Source: Blasia pusilla (lineage: Eukaryota). From it: 64,000 nt of DNA. The position numbers and the translations under genes were made by a program. Position 1 is the stretch's first letter, and each line of letters begins with the position of its first letter. Positions 12,311 through 24,866 of the stretch are shown here, one piece after another. The stretch lies in the NCBI GenBank assembly GCA_050084515.1, contig CM114271.1, positions 45,260,001 through 45,324,000 on the forward strand. Reading direction: 5' to 3'. Below the pieces are notes generated by a model. The model searched no databases. It saw only the letters and a list, made by a program, of their open reading frames with translations, and had not been told where the DNA came from.

Positions 12311-14324
12311 ACTTACTTTCAACCCTTCTTGGACTAGCCTAAGGATGTTTAAACATGGTTGGAGTAGGCTCTTTTTCCACAACCGGTGCCGTTGTGAGAT
12401 ATATAGGTTGAGACCGTAAAGTTTATTCAAACCCCGCTAGCTATTTGACATAAAATATAAAGAACCTCTAAATTTCAATCCATTGTAAAACCAGAATTCA
12501 AAAACATACAAAATTTTGAATGGCTAGGTCACTACTAAATCCTTTCCCCATACTTTTTCAGCGAGGATCTTAGCGCTAATCAAATCCGGATGACGGCCAT
12601 GTTTGGAGGCCCCAAATGCCTTGATTTCGGTGAAAATGAGCACTTTTTTGTCGTGCCGTGTTTTCAAAACGACGTTGCCACAAGGATGAAACAAAGAAAA
12701 TTTTGAAAAAATAATAGTACTCCACAAAATCCATTCACTCAAGGACGATTCTAGCTTCCCTCAACTACTTCCCCTTAGGGAAAAGTTGAATGGCCCACTC
12801 TTTGGCCCTCCCGCCTATTCATCCTCCGGTTAGAAAATCCTAGGTTGGGCTAGTTAACCCTGATCCCTCTATGAAATCCTCCCGTAAAATAAGTTTACAT
12901 GTTTTATGTTCCCTTACCTCGTGCTCCTCCCCATGCAGAACAACAACGGGTCGTGTATTCCAATCTGGTGCGGTCATGTTTGTCTAAGTGTCCCTCACTA
13001 GTTAATTTAGGTGTCCCTGACGGTTGAACTCTCACCCTACATGACGAAGATGAATAAGCACGAGGTTTTTGGCTAATGACAAACACCCCTAGTTGACTTG
13101 ATAAAGGTGGATCGTCTCGGCAAGGATAAAATCCAGAAAGAAAGACACGTAAGTCACTATCCATACGAAAGAAGACAAAAAGGTTTGCGAAAATATTCGA
13201 CTTAAGAGAATTTTCTTTCGCATGAGGCTATGAGCATGAGGGGTCTCGATCAGCCCCCTAATCCGGGGACATAACTCCGGATCACCCTAATGGGGCGTCT
13301 CAGGATGCGAATTCGGCAACTTGAAGTTCCGGTTACGGAAACGGGGCAGCTAAAGAAGCGCTTAAGGGTGTCTGAAAGTAGAAAGAAAGAGGATGACGCG
13401 CACGATGGCGCGAGGGCTTGCACAGCTTATGCGAGACAAGCAACGATATGCGCCGCTGGCACTGGATGGAAGGAGTTTTCTATGGAGATTTTCCATCCAC
13501 TCCGCGGTGGTGGGGCAAGATTCGCTGAGGGCTGAAGTGCCTATCATCGTAATCTCAACAAGCTCTCGCGAAGCAGTTGGACGACTGAGAATATCGCCTT
13601 CGTTCACCTGTCACGCAAGCTCGGAACCCACCCGTAGAGAGCCGCAGTTCCCGTGGCCGCGGCTTTGAATCCGAATATGCCAAGTGGCATCGACTCGGGC
13701 TTCTGCGCCGGACGTCGTCCCGCGAGCTTCTTCATCCTTCATCCTTCCGCTCGGAGCCGCAGACATGCTGGTGGATCGGCGCAGTCGAGCTTCGTGATTT
13801 GCTGCAGATCAGGTCAGGAAAGATCACAGGCCGTCGAAACGTGGCGAATTTCGACACGAAGACAGGCCCTGTCTGTCATCGTTCGCAAAAGAAAAAACCA
13901 GGAGCGCGAGAAAGGGCCGGAAGTGGGACTGTGGGACTGTGGGATTTTACAAATATAGATGAGGCCCGGCGACGATTTATTGCGATACTAACGCAGGTGG
14001 TGGGGGGGTGCAATCGCCAATCACTTGTCGGTGCCCAAGAACGTGCAAGGATACGTTCACAGCTGCCTGCCGCTGTGTGTGTACATGGTGGACAGCCCCC
14101 GTCTTCTAGTAGTTTACGGCCGGGAGTTAACCACAGCCTCCAGAAGAGGGGGTTTTTGGTATATGATCTTATGCGTCGGTTCCTGTCAGCCAGTGCACTG
14201 TACAGCGGGCGAGGGTCTGTCCTCCGTCGCCTCGGTGACCAGCCGCCGCTAGCCCCGCAGCTGGCTGATACCATTCTCTGAATATGTCTTTCTCTTTACG
14301 CGCGTGTATCTTTCGCGGTGTAAA

Positions 14325-14328
<4 letters not shown>

Positions 14329-14356
<28 letters not shown>

Positions 14357-14451
14357 CCCACTTCAATTTGTCGAAATCTATTTTGTGTGGTGCTGGAGAG
14401 AGTGAGGGAGAGAAGAGAGAAGAGAGCGGGAGAGAGAGAGAGAGAGAGAGA
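14329..14451. repeat. Opposed (TC)14 and (GA)11 microsatellites at the likely TPK transcription start region
   Basis: (TC)n 14329-14356 and (GA)n 14430-14451. Confidence 0.85.
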
Positions 14452-15155
14452 ACCGAAGTAGCCGTGCCCACCATAGACTGCAGGTGGAGTGGGAGGAAGA
14501 AGCAGATAAAGTGCTATGGAGGATTACACATCTTCAAGTGTTGGAGTTTAGTAGAAGGAGTTTTAGTGGATGGTTTGCGGGTTTCAGCCAAGATGGTCTT
14601 CACAAGACAATCGATGTCGCCTGGATGATGACGTCAGAATTATTGCTCGGTATCGCAGCAGCCTTGGTGTTCGAATCGAGGTTGCTGACGCTGGACAGGA
14701 GTTTAGGTTCCACCCCTTCACCGATTTGGGAGAAAAGTGTTGCTGGTCCTGCTGAGAATTCCTTGCATGGAGCCATGCAGTGGATTGAAGTGCCCATTTC
14801 CACCGTGTGCAGGAGTTTGATCGTGTCCCATTCCGACCCCTCGTACAGGAGTTGAATATAATAGCTCCTCTTCAATTTGAACTCTAGCCGGGTTACAGAG
14901 ATGCGTTTGGGTGAAATGGTTGGATGTGCACTGACGTTTTCCATTGGGGACTGAGCACTGGATGCACGGCTTGAAAAACGGTGGTACAGAAGGAAGGGAT
15001 TAGTGGACTGCACCACTTATCTCCAAATTCGTTGGAAGCAGGCAAGAATGCATCGACAGATAGACAGAGGTGAATTGAAACCATCGTATGTCACGTACCG
15101 GTGCTGTGGAGTGGAGACATTTCTTTCTTGAGGTTGTTTTTGTAGTGCGTAGACA

Positions 15156-18100
15156 ATGGACGTGCCACTTTTGATAGAAGAAGCCGGAGGTGTTGGTAGT
15201 TCCGGAAGGGATGCTGACGAAACAGTTGGATCGGCTGGAAGGTCTAGTAACCTGAAATCTATCCTGCGTCTTATGAGCCCAAGAACGAGGGACGAGCGGG
15301 ATAGAAGAAGAGAGAAGTTTGACGTCCCACCTTCAATCCCAGAAACATATCCTCCACGTGTGCCGCCCGTGCTAATTCCGTCTGGAATTTGTGGACGCAC
15401 CCCGGGATCTGCCCAAAGTCCGAGTAGCGGATCGCACAAACCTTGGCCCGGGAGCCCTGAAGAAACTTTGGAAACTGGAGTGTCGAGATCGGAAGTGTCA
15501 TGTAACCATGATGGGGAGGGCTTGGAGGCCCGCGTTTTGGAAGAAGAGGGAAGGGATCAGAAAGGGAGGGAGTCGACCTCTGGATATATCGGACTAAGTG
15601 TCGTCGATGAAGAGATGGCCATGGATTCAGGGTACCAGGACATTCCTGAAAAAGCGATAGGGACGTCTTTTGGTTCCAGGAGCACGAATAATTTCTCATC
15701 AACTGAAGACGACACACATGATGATTCTTTGTCACCGTCGGACTGGAGCGAACCATCAACCTCAGTACCCAACCTGGAACGCGTCGATTTGGTAGAGGCC
15801 AAATCGAAGTTCAAGAGATCGAAGCGATTTGTGAAGCCGCTACAAAAGTGCAAAACTGCTCCTGTTTTGAATAACATCAAACAGGCTACCAACGGAGCCG
15901 AGTCCAACAAGAAGGAAGCCAAAGCGGCAATCTCAGCAGACTCGGTTGTGTGGCAAGCCACAGCTGGATTGTTGATATATCTCTTTGTTGGCGTGATGAT
16001 TTATGCTTGGAAGAAGGAGGAATTCAAAGGAGTGAAGACGGTCAGCGTGGTGGACGCTCTGTACTTTTGCATCGTAACCATGTGTACGATTGGGTATGGA
16101 GACATAAGTCCCGTGACTCCCACGGCAAAACTCCTCGCATGTGCGCTTGTGCTGGTTGGTTTTGGTTTCATCGATGCCCTTATGAGTGGAATGTTGACGT
16201 TTGTCCTCGACCGCCAAGAGAGAATTCTTATGCATGTTGTTGAGGATGGCAACCACGAAAAGGCTAAAAGCTACGTTTTGAACCGGGAGAAGGGGACAAT
16301 GCGCGTCCGCTTGAAGGTAAAGCCTCCAAATTTTAAAGAAGAAACACTGTTCGATTCGCCTCACCTTCGTCGTCGGTCTGTACATATCTAGGAATCGAAG
16401 ACGAATGTGGGAATGAATGCTTTAGATTTCTGAAGTCTCGTGAAGAAGCTGATACGAGTACTTTGAGTCCTACTTGGGTATCCCAGCCTTTTGCTCGGTA
16501 CAATTTCTGTACCGGGGAGTTCAGATTGAAAAGTTCGTCTGGAACTGGGAAATTCAATCCTTGGCCTCACTTCAACTCAAACAGGGTCAATGATTAAAGG
16601 TTTTCTAAACGTAACTGTCTATGGAAGTCACTAGAATGTCATCTGAGTTTGTTGGGTAATTCCTCTCTCCTCTCTCAATTCAAGGCTTAGTAGTTATTGA
16701 TACAGCCGGGCACAGTGCAAGCACGTTTTTACCAAAATGCTAGAAACAGTGGCATCGACGTAAGTCCAGTGGCTGTCAATGAGAAAAAGGATGTCATTAA
16801 TCGAGTCATACTCAGAGCCTGTGAAAAGATACCCTTGCCTGACGACTGCATCCATGAGAGCAACACTACTAGCAATTTTCATCAGTTACGAGAGACATGT
16901 GGTGTCTTCCATCTCCTGGTTTGTTTGGCAGTTTATGAATACTTAAACTCCTTGGAGCTTTCTTAGACTCATCAATTGAAGAGATGGACTTCCTGTAACG
17001 TGTGACTGGTCCACAGCTTAGTGATTACATAGCTATCTTGGACCGTGTGATTATGGATTATCAATAATCTCCTTGACATTCAGGAATGCTCAGAATGTTT
17101 GGTTCGATCCTTGTAATGCTTTGTGAATATTGAAGGAACATGTACTTCTATTTAGAGAATGTGTGGAGATTCAGTAAGAAGAAAGCTTAGTCTGTATAAC
17201 TTCTACTAAGCTGTCAGAAGATAGTGCTATCAATGCTAGAAAGAAGCTTGGATATTTATTATCTGTGGTGCGTTGCAGGTTTTTTTTGCCGTGGGGACTG
17301 TATTCTTGAGTGTTTCAGCTGGTACACTTTTCCTGCATTTTGTGGAGGAATTAAACTGGATTGACAGTGTTTATGTGACGATTATATCAATCACTACAGT
17401 TGGGTTTGGCGACTATTCATTCCAAACCATGTGGGGGAGACTATTTGCAGCCTTGTGGCTTCTGCTGAGTACGTTGGGTGTAGCTCGAGCTTTCCTTTTT
17501 TTGGCTGAAGCAAGAGTTCACAAAAGGCAACGCCACTTCGCGAAGAACATTTTGCAGAGGAAGCTGACCAAGACTGATCTGCTGGAGGCAGATATTGACA
17601 ATGATGGACATGTCAGGTTAGTTGTATTCACTAGTGCACTTGCATTGGCTCGGCATATGTTTGAAGTGTATATCCATACCTGTGTGAGTTTGGTTTTCAC
17701 AGAGCGGATACCTACTACTCTGGGTGGTGATAACAGAACTCTTTTAACAATTTGACCTGTTGGCTGGAAAGTTCATTCTGTTTCAATTCTGGTCAGGTGA
17801 CTATTTTTATGAGGAACTAAGAAGACTTGCTAATCATATTGCATCTTTCTTCAAGGTTGTGGGCAGACTTGATGGATAGTGACTGTCAGTCCAACTAGGA
17901 CACTGGAGATATAGTGCTTCAATAAACCTAGGACTAGTTTTTGTTTCTAGCCATGTTCTGTGAAACCTTGCGGATCCATTGAGCTGATGCGTTGTGGTTG
18001 GAAACTGTGGAACAGTAAATCAGAGTACATAGTGTACAAATTGAAAGAGATGGGAAAAATCAGCACCAAGGATATTGTTGAAATTTGCCATGAATTCGAA

Positions 18101-18160
18101 CAGATTGATACCATGGGAGTGGGAAAGATCACCATGGCTCAGTTGCTAGAAGCCGAATAG
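15156..18160 (+). CDS. TPK: Two-pore (tandem-pore) K+ channel, TPK/KCO family, about 547 aa, 3 coding exons
   Basis: Exons 15156-16316, 17279-17616, 18016-18160 with GT-AG introns in phase; pore 1 VDALYFCIVTMCTIGYGD, pore 2 ISITTVGFGD, KCKTAP 14-3-3-like site, EF hand ADIDNDGHVSKSE, YKLKEMGKI. Probable 5' UTR intron ending at 15145. Confidence 0.95.
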
Positions 18161-18400
18161 AACAACGGACGACAAGGACAAATCATATCCTGGAGGATCT
18201 GTACTCTAGTCTGTTTGGAGTGTGATCACCTGGTCATTGTAGCTCCTGGCAGTGTCAGCGCATCCCAAATGCTTCAAAGAAGACAGCCAGTGATGGGGGC
18301 AATCAATGACAAAGGTACCAGATGAGGATGTACGTATTGACCTGGCCTACTCTTGGGTTATGATGCAGAACAACAAAATGGGAAAGGGAAAGGGAATGGG

Positions 18401-18463
18401 GAAGCACTGGCACTGAAACCCTGTTGTCTTTCCCCAACAACAGGGTTTCAGTGCCAGTGCTTC
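18401..18463 (+). repeat. Perfect 27-bp hairpin about 240 nt downstream of the TPK stop
   Basis: GAAGCACTGGCACTGAAACCCTGTTGT-ctttcccca-ACAACAGGGTTTCAGTGCCAGTGCTTC. Confidence 0.95.
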
Positions 18464-20287
18464 TTTGACAAACTCTTTGTACGTGGCTTGCCCTTATTTT
18501 TTCCACAAGTCTACGCGAGGATATATGTACAGAGATCTGAGCTCGTCATTACCCTGATGCGGAGCTATATTGCTCCGGAGTTGGAACTCTTGTAGGTGCA
18601 AATGTGTGAAATTAGGCTCAGTAAAGAGAATACGAGGACATCAATCCTCGAGCCTATTTCAGCTAGGTAGGGTAAACCTCAGATTGCCATTGTTTTGGTG
18701 TCTTGTATACTGGAGATAGTAACATATTATTCTGACAGCTAGTGATGCTGTATGCATGGCAGTATGATATACATGGAGAGTATAAAGCTTGCTGCTGAGA
18801 ATACTGTCGTTGGATGTGATAAGGTGCAAGGAATGTGCCAGGATATCAATTGATCACCAAGCTTCTCTGATTAGAGAAGATTTCAAGTGGATCCACCTCT
18901 CAAGCACAGAATGTGCATTACTGGTTTTACTCTTATCTTCCCTATATGTGCATCTGAGCCCTGTTGGTTTTAAGGAGGCAGAATTTGGTCTTGTGATGAT
19001 CACTGCGCTGTTCTTAAAGCTTACATTGTAAGCCTCTGCGGAACTGGTGAAATGGAAACTAGCGGTTGTGTGTGCAATGGTGGTGGCAACTTTTAGGGCA
19101 CTCCAAAACTGTGGCTCAATCTCTTCAGAATTTCTATGTGCCTCTTATGCCGGACTGCTTGATGTTTGAACCTTCACTTAGCATGTACTAAACTGCTCGG
19201 TATGATTTTGGACGAGACTCATCTAGCGAGCTTCATTTTAGCCCTTGATGATCGCGTAATCAAATGAGGTGGTCCCAAACTCATACATTAAGTTTCTTGT
19301 TATCTATCCTATAAAACCAAAGTCCACATGCATTCGAAGTTTTGAACACATTAAAACTTACTTTCTTTCACCATGTATTACATCTCTAGAGGATATAAGA
19401 TAAGACGGGGCAAGTAAGGGAGATTTTCCAGGACACTGAAATCTGATTTGATTCACCTGTAACGTGGCCATACCCCTAATCCTAATTGTTTTAAAACACG
19501 AGAATATTCCGTATCAAAGAAAAAAAGATAAATCAAAATTTCATTTTTTGTGGTATGTAGCACTTGGAAGTAGCAACGTCCCAATCCTTAGTGGCATAGA
19601 AGATGCCCGAGCCATGCCCTATTTCACAAGACTCGCATCTTTTGACTTCACCTGATTCTCATTCTTTGGGCTATGTAGAACTTGGAAGCAGCAAAACACT
19701 GATTTTTTAGAGCAGAGAAGCTACTCGAGCAATGCCATGTTTCAAGAAACCCAACATTTGTTGAAGCCGTGCATTGCAAGACATGATACACATAACATGT
19801 GTTCGAAGACATGGCATTGGTGGAGAAACACAAGAATATCATGGAAGAGACCATGTAATAACAAACTAGTATAATACCCGTGTTATGCATGGGTGAAAAT
19901 CATCGTTCGAAGGAGACTTCTTTGGTTTTACCGGGCGTTGCATAGCATCCGTTCGTTAATTTGAACTCAATTGTGTTATATTAATAAGACTTGTTACACA
20001 GAAGCAACCCATGATATATACGTGTCATCACCACGCCCTCTTTTAATTGTATAGATAATCATCTATTATTCTTGTACAATAATGTGTACACATGTACGCC
20101 TATCCATATTAAAGTTTTTAGATTGGATTTTATCCATTCTTAAGCATGTTCCAAACGTCAATTGCTTCCGGATTGATTAAATCTACATATAATCCACAAC
20201 TCTTGGGATCCTCAAATATATGTTGGAAGAGGTATACTCCATAAGTCAATGGATTGTTGATATCAAGCATATAATTCTTACTTATCA

Positions 20288-20620
20288 CTAGTTAGTATGC
20301 TCGTGCTTGCCCACGAAAATGTTTTTTCTTAAGTTTCTAGAAAAATTAAAAATTCAAACATAACCTCCACTTTCTTAAATACGAAAGGAGTACTAACACT
20401 CTACTCTTCTAAATAACTTCGCTCCTCAATTAAAATTTAAATAATACCCCACTCCCTTAAATAATTTTACCCCTCCATAAAAGTTTGACCAATACCTACT
20501 CCTCCCACCAAAATAACACCCACCAACTAAATCAAAATTGAAATTCATTTTCCTTCCCCAAAATATCAATTGTGAATTAAGGGACAAAATTGTGAGTTTG
20601 TTACTATTTTTTCTTGTTAT
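20288..20620 (-). mobile_element. Helitron fragment, 3' end on the minus strand
   Basis: CTAG at 20288 plus hairpin CTCGTGCTTGCCCACG; AT-rich body resembles the reverse complement of 1000-1180 and resembles 56700-56810. Confidence 0.55.
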
Positions 20621-20627
20621 CTCACTA

Positions 20628-20824
20628 TCAATATTATTATTGGAGAGTGCCCTCTCATTTTGCAAACTCCTCTCCTTTTGACACTTGGCCTTTTCAACCA
20701 ATGAAATTGATCCCCTTCTAAACCAATAGGATGCTTCAAAATTAATTTAAAATGATATTTGAAAATGGTGAGAGTTAATTATGGGAGGTAACATAAACCC
20801 ATGCATTGCTAGGGCTTGCACTAA
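20628..20824 (+). mobile_element. Short non-autonomous Helitron
   Basis: A|TCAATATTATTATTGGAGAGTGCC 5' end; CCCATGCATTGCTAGGG hairpin then CTAA|T. Confidence 0.65.
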
Positions 20825-22162
20825 TTTTTTCCTATTGTGCATATAGGGTTGCCTATAATAATATAACTAAGAGCATCCAAATTAGTTCTACCAGCAATGA
20901 ATTGATTATCCATGACAACCCATCACTCTTATGCAACTTTTTTATGATTTTTTGGTACTTTTTGCCTTCTCATGTAGATTTTATAGATTTGGCATTTTCA
21001 TCATGCACTTACGAGATAGAATTAAATACAAAACTTTCTAAACTTCATACAAATTTGATGTCCTTATGTTGATAAAGAATCCAAGACATATAGACATAGG
21101 GTAGAGAAGGAGATAAGATACCTTGCTATCGTAATAGAGAATATTCTTTGGGAAGAATATTATCAAAGGCTATGACCATACAAATGAGGAAGTAGAATGA
21201 ATGTGTTTTATGCTCGGGAACATGCAAACACTCTTCACCAACAACAAGCCTTACTAAGAATGGAGTTTGAAGATCACGAGAGCTCCCAAGAGGAAGCTCC
21301 CAAACGTAGAGAGGAAGATAAGAAATAAATACGAAACTAGAATAAATTAGAAGCTTCATGATAACCCTTGAAGGTTGAAAAACAAAGATAAAAAGGTGAG
21401 AGCAATAGAGATGGCTCTCGTAAAGGAGCATATATTGGAGAAGGTTGATAAATTATCCATTTGAAAGGATGTCAATATCCAAGATTGCCAATAAAATGAA
21501 GAAATGGAGCAATAAAGAAGAAGAAGAAGCTTTATGAGATGTATTAAGTTTAAAAGTCTATGGTGAAAGGGGTTCTAAAAGAGAGCATAGTTATAAAGCA
21601 TTGATTTCAAGTAGCATAAGCTAAGGTTGCAACACTATAGATACAAGACCAATCAACAAGAAGTAAAATTATGACAACCATGAGATTCATTGGGATATTT
21701 GGTGATTAGAGAATCCCACTGAGATAGACTTTATAGGGTACAATACTCTTGCCATGAATGATTGTTGCTATTGTAATGACTATGTAGGATTATAATCATG
21801 ACTATATGGGCTTTAATCACATTATATCTAGTGTACATTTCTATACTATTATTATGAATTGTTGTATCTAGTACCTCTACCAATCATTTGGACTAGTCTT
21901 GTGCTTAGAAATACAAGATGTGTATATTACGTATTAGATGGATTGCATCAGCTAAAGCTTTTTAGAGATTGTATCCATTTAAAAGTATCGGGTAGATTCC
22001 ACTAATCACACCAAAAAAGGTCATAATTTTGAGTGTTTGAATCACCAATGTTGGAGATCCTTGAAGAAATGTGAAGGATTCATTCCAGAAAGATAAGATG
22101 ATACTAGATAAAATAAAAGTGACAAGATATTCAATTGTCCATTTATGATTGTTGACTAATTC

Positions 22163-22330
22163 ATATAGTTTGGCACTAGAAATATCCGATCTTCTTTACT
22201 ATCCAACCAATCCTCGTTTGTTGTTATAACTAATATCATCTTATCTTTTTAGTTATAAGTTAGTGTAACAAAAAACGAGGATTGGATGGACAATAAAGAA
22301 GATCAGATATTTCTAGGGCCAAAATTATAT
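22163..22330. mobile_element. Foldback MITE-like element with about 70-bp imperfect inverted arms
   Basis: TTTGGCACTAGAAATATCCGATCTTCTTTACTATCCAACCAATCCTCGTTT pairs with AAACGAGGATTGGATGGACAATAAAGAAGATCAGATATTTCTAGGGCCAAA. Confidence 0.75.
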
Positions 22331-24866
22331 CAGGAGATTATAATTTGGACATATCAACAAAGGTAACTCACTTATTTTTTGGGTGGAAAGATCAAAGGAA
22401 GAACTTAGTAAAGTAACTAAATTCCATGGAGATCGATGAAGATCAAGCGGATCAACAACCTAACGCATGACCAAACCCCTATGCTAGCAAAGGTAGATGA
22501 GTATCCTTGTAGGTAGAAATTTATGATATGAGTAGAACATCATAAAGATGTGATGCCATATGTATTGAGAAAATTCTATTTGGAGGTGATCTAAGCGTAT
22601 AGGTTATATACCCTTGTCTTTATGAGTGACACTCTTGGATAGGTTGCTGCTTGTGATGTGTCTTGTGACATATTTTAAGGGCTTTGTTGTTGGTGATGAT
22701 ACTCGGACTTGTAAGACTAAGTGGGATATGTTATACATGGAGGATGTGCTCTTAAGTGAGATGTTGCTCTTATATGATGACACTTGGTTGGATTGGGTAT
22801 GCATGTATAATCCATGTCTTTTTGTGACTTGCTACAAATGAGTTGCTAGAATATACCTCTCATGACGCTCATTTGGAGCTCATCTTCCTTAGATCACATC
22901 CTTGTTGGGATCAGTGGTCTCGTGTAGCTAAGTTGTTGTATTCAAGTTGAGTTATCTTTGGTAAGAATAAGTTAAGATTGATCGGAGATCACACATTCAT
23001 AGTTTATTGCAAATTGTCTCGTATCTCTTATGGTTATTACAATATGCATCATTGAGGGAATGCTCAGCTATATTAAGAGAAAATTTTGTGTTGCCATATT
23101 ACAAATCAACTTTAAATCAAAGATCCTTTTAATTTCTAAGCACATATGTGAAGATCGATTTTATATTAGGATTTGTCCAATCATTCCTATATAGTTGTAC
23201 TAGGGTTTATAGCATATGCAGTCACACAATACACTAGGTAGGAGAGGAGCAGGATGACTTGTGTTTATGTATCTCCGATCGAATCTATAAGTTATTGGAC
23301 CCTTTTCTTCTACAATACTAGATGACGTTGATTAAAAGATTAGGAGATCGTTCTCTCAAGGACGACTTGCTCTACTCCAATGGGTACTTTGTGCATTTTA
23401 GAGGCGCATTCGATGGAATTTTTCTTAGGGTGATATGTGACTTTAGGAAAATACTTTTTGGCAACAACTTCCAATTGGTGTTACATTGATGACAGGTTTT
23501 CATCCGGTTACCAACTCATTAATATGCTAGTTCAAGAGTCTTTTCCCCTAATTGGAAACCCCTCTCTTGGGCCCAAAAGTTCAGATCCCAAAATTTTCTC
23601 GACCCAAAAATAGAGATGACTCCTAAATATTTGATTCGAGATGCATGCTGCAACGACCCATCGCCTATGGGAGGTATCCCCAAATGAGAGACCCAACTCA
23701 TTGTAATCCTCTTACACGATCCATGTGCACACTACAACCGGATCCCATGGACAACCGCGTGAGTCGCAACGACCGATTTTCATCAAACAGATAACGCAAA
23801 TTGTTTTTCCCCCATCGGCCAACATTTAATCGGAATTTGCAATTAGGAGAATCACCAAGTAGTAGGAAATTCAGCCAAGCTGCTCCTACGGAAAACTCAT
23901 CCCGCACAAGATTGCTGCCCAACCAAGTCACCATTGTGACTAACAATATCGCCAACGCATACTCTCATCGAAACAAGTTCGCCGACAGCTAGAGTTATGG
24001 AGGTTTCATGCGATTTGGCGTTACGAGAAAGGGATGAACTATCCCGCTCGGAGCTACGTAGGGGCCTTTCGAGACCACCAAATATGGTGGACGTGATGTT
24101 GGCCGGCTCTTCTAGAGTTCTTATAACCTGTGGCGGTAGCGACAAGCGAGTTCCGTCACCGGATCTGCCGCGCCGTTACGGAAGGATGGGAGGCAGCCCA
24201 ACTCTGTGAAAGCGATTGGCGCTCCTTTATGAATGAATAATACAAGCGCCGTACAGAAATATGTCCGGAGTCTACGGAAATCCGAGTCCTTCCCTCGGTC
24301 GTCCTCACGGTACATCCGTCCGAAGTAGATCGATGTAGACTAAGCTTCTGTTGACAGAAGAGATGTCGCCGGAAAGAGCTACGGACGGCACTTCGTTTCT
24401 TTCCTTCCTTCCTTCCTCCCTCCCTCCCTCCCAGGGGACCTTAGGGCTGCTCCGTCGTCCCTGAGGAAGGGCGGAAGCATCGTCTCGTCCGGATCACGAG
24501 TAATGTGCCGATGGCTTGAGCGGCTCGCGCATAGTTTAGGTGACTGATTTCTTCTGCTGTGGCTGGGCCTTGTCGATTCGCGCACAGCTTTCGCTGCTGG
24601 CCACTGTCCAATCTTTCATGCAGACTCGTCGTCTCTCTGTTCAAATTTATGTTTCCCTCAAAAATTCTCCGGCATCCCGCTTTCGCACGCCTTTCGCATC
24701 GGCCCACGAAAATGCTGATACTGTCTTCCGCGAAGGACAGATCGAGGGGGATTTAGGAGAGGATAGGACATAAAGAAGAGCTGGCAGGAGGAGGACGAGG
24801 AGCACTAGAAAGTTGGAGTGCATGGAAAGAACAGGAGGGGAAGTGGAAGCGGGACGAAGTGGTAAA

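Noticed and set aside
15017-16385. Several 130-160 aa minus-strand ORFs
   Set aside because: Antisense shadows of TPK exon 1.
17085-17120. GGTTCGATCC B-box/T-loop-like motif
   Set aside because: No cloverleaf or A box; lies in TPK intron 1.
22540-23260. Possible solo LTR
   Set aside because: No second copy, PBS, PPT or TSD visible in the window.
24352-24365. TGACAGAAGAGA resembling the start of miR156
   Set aside because: Only 12 nt match and no complementary star arm nearby.
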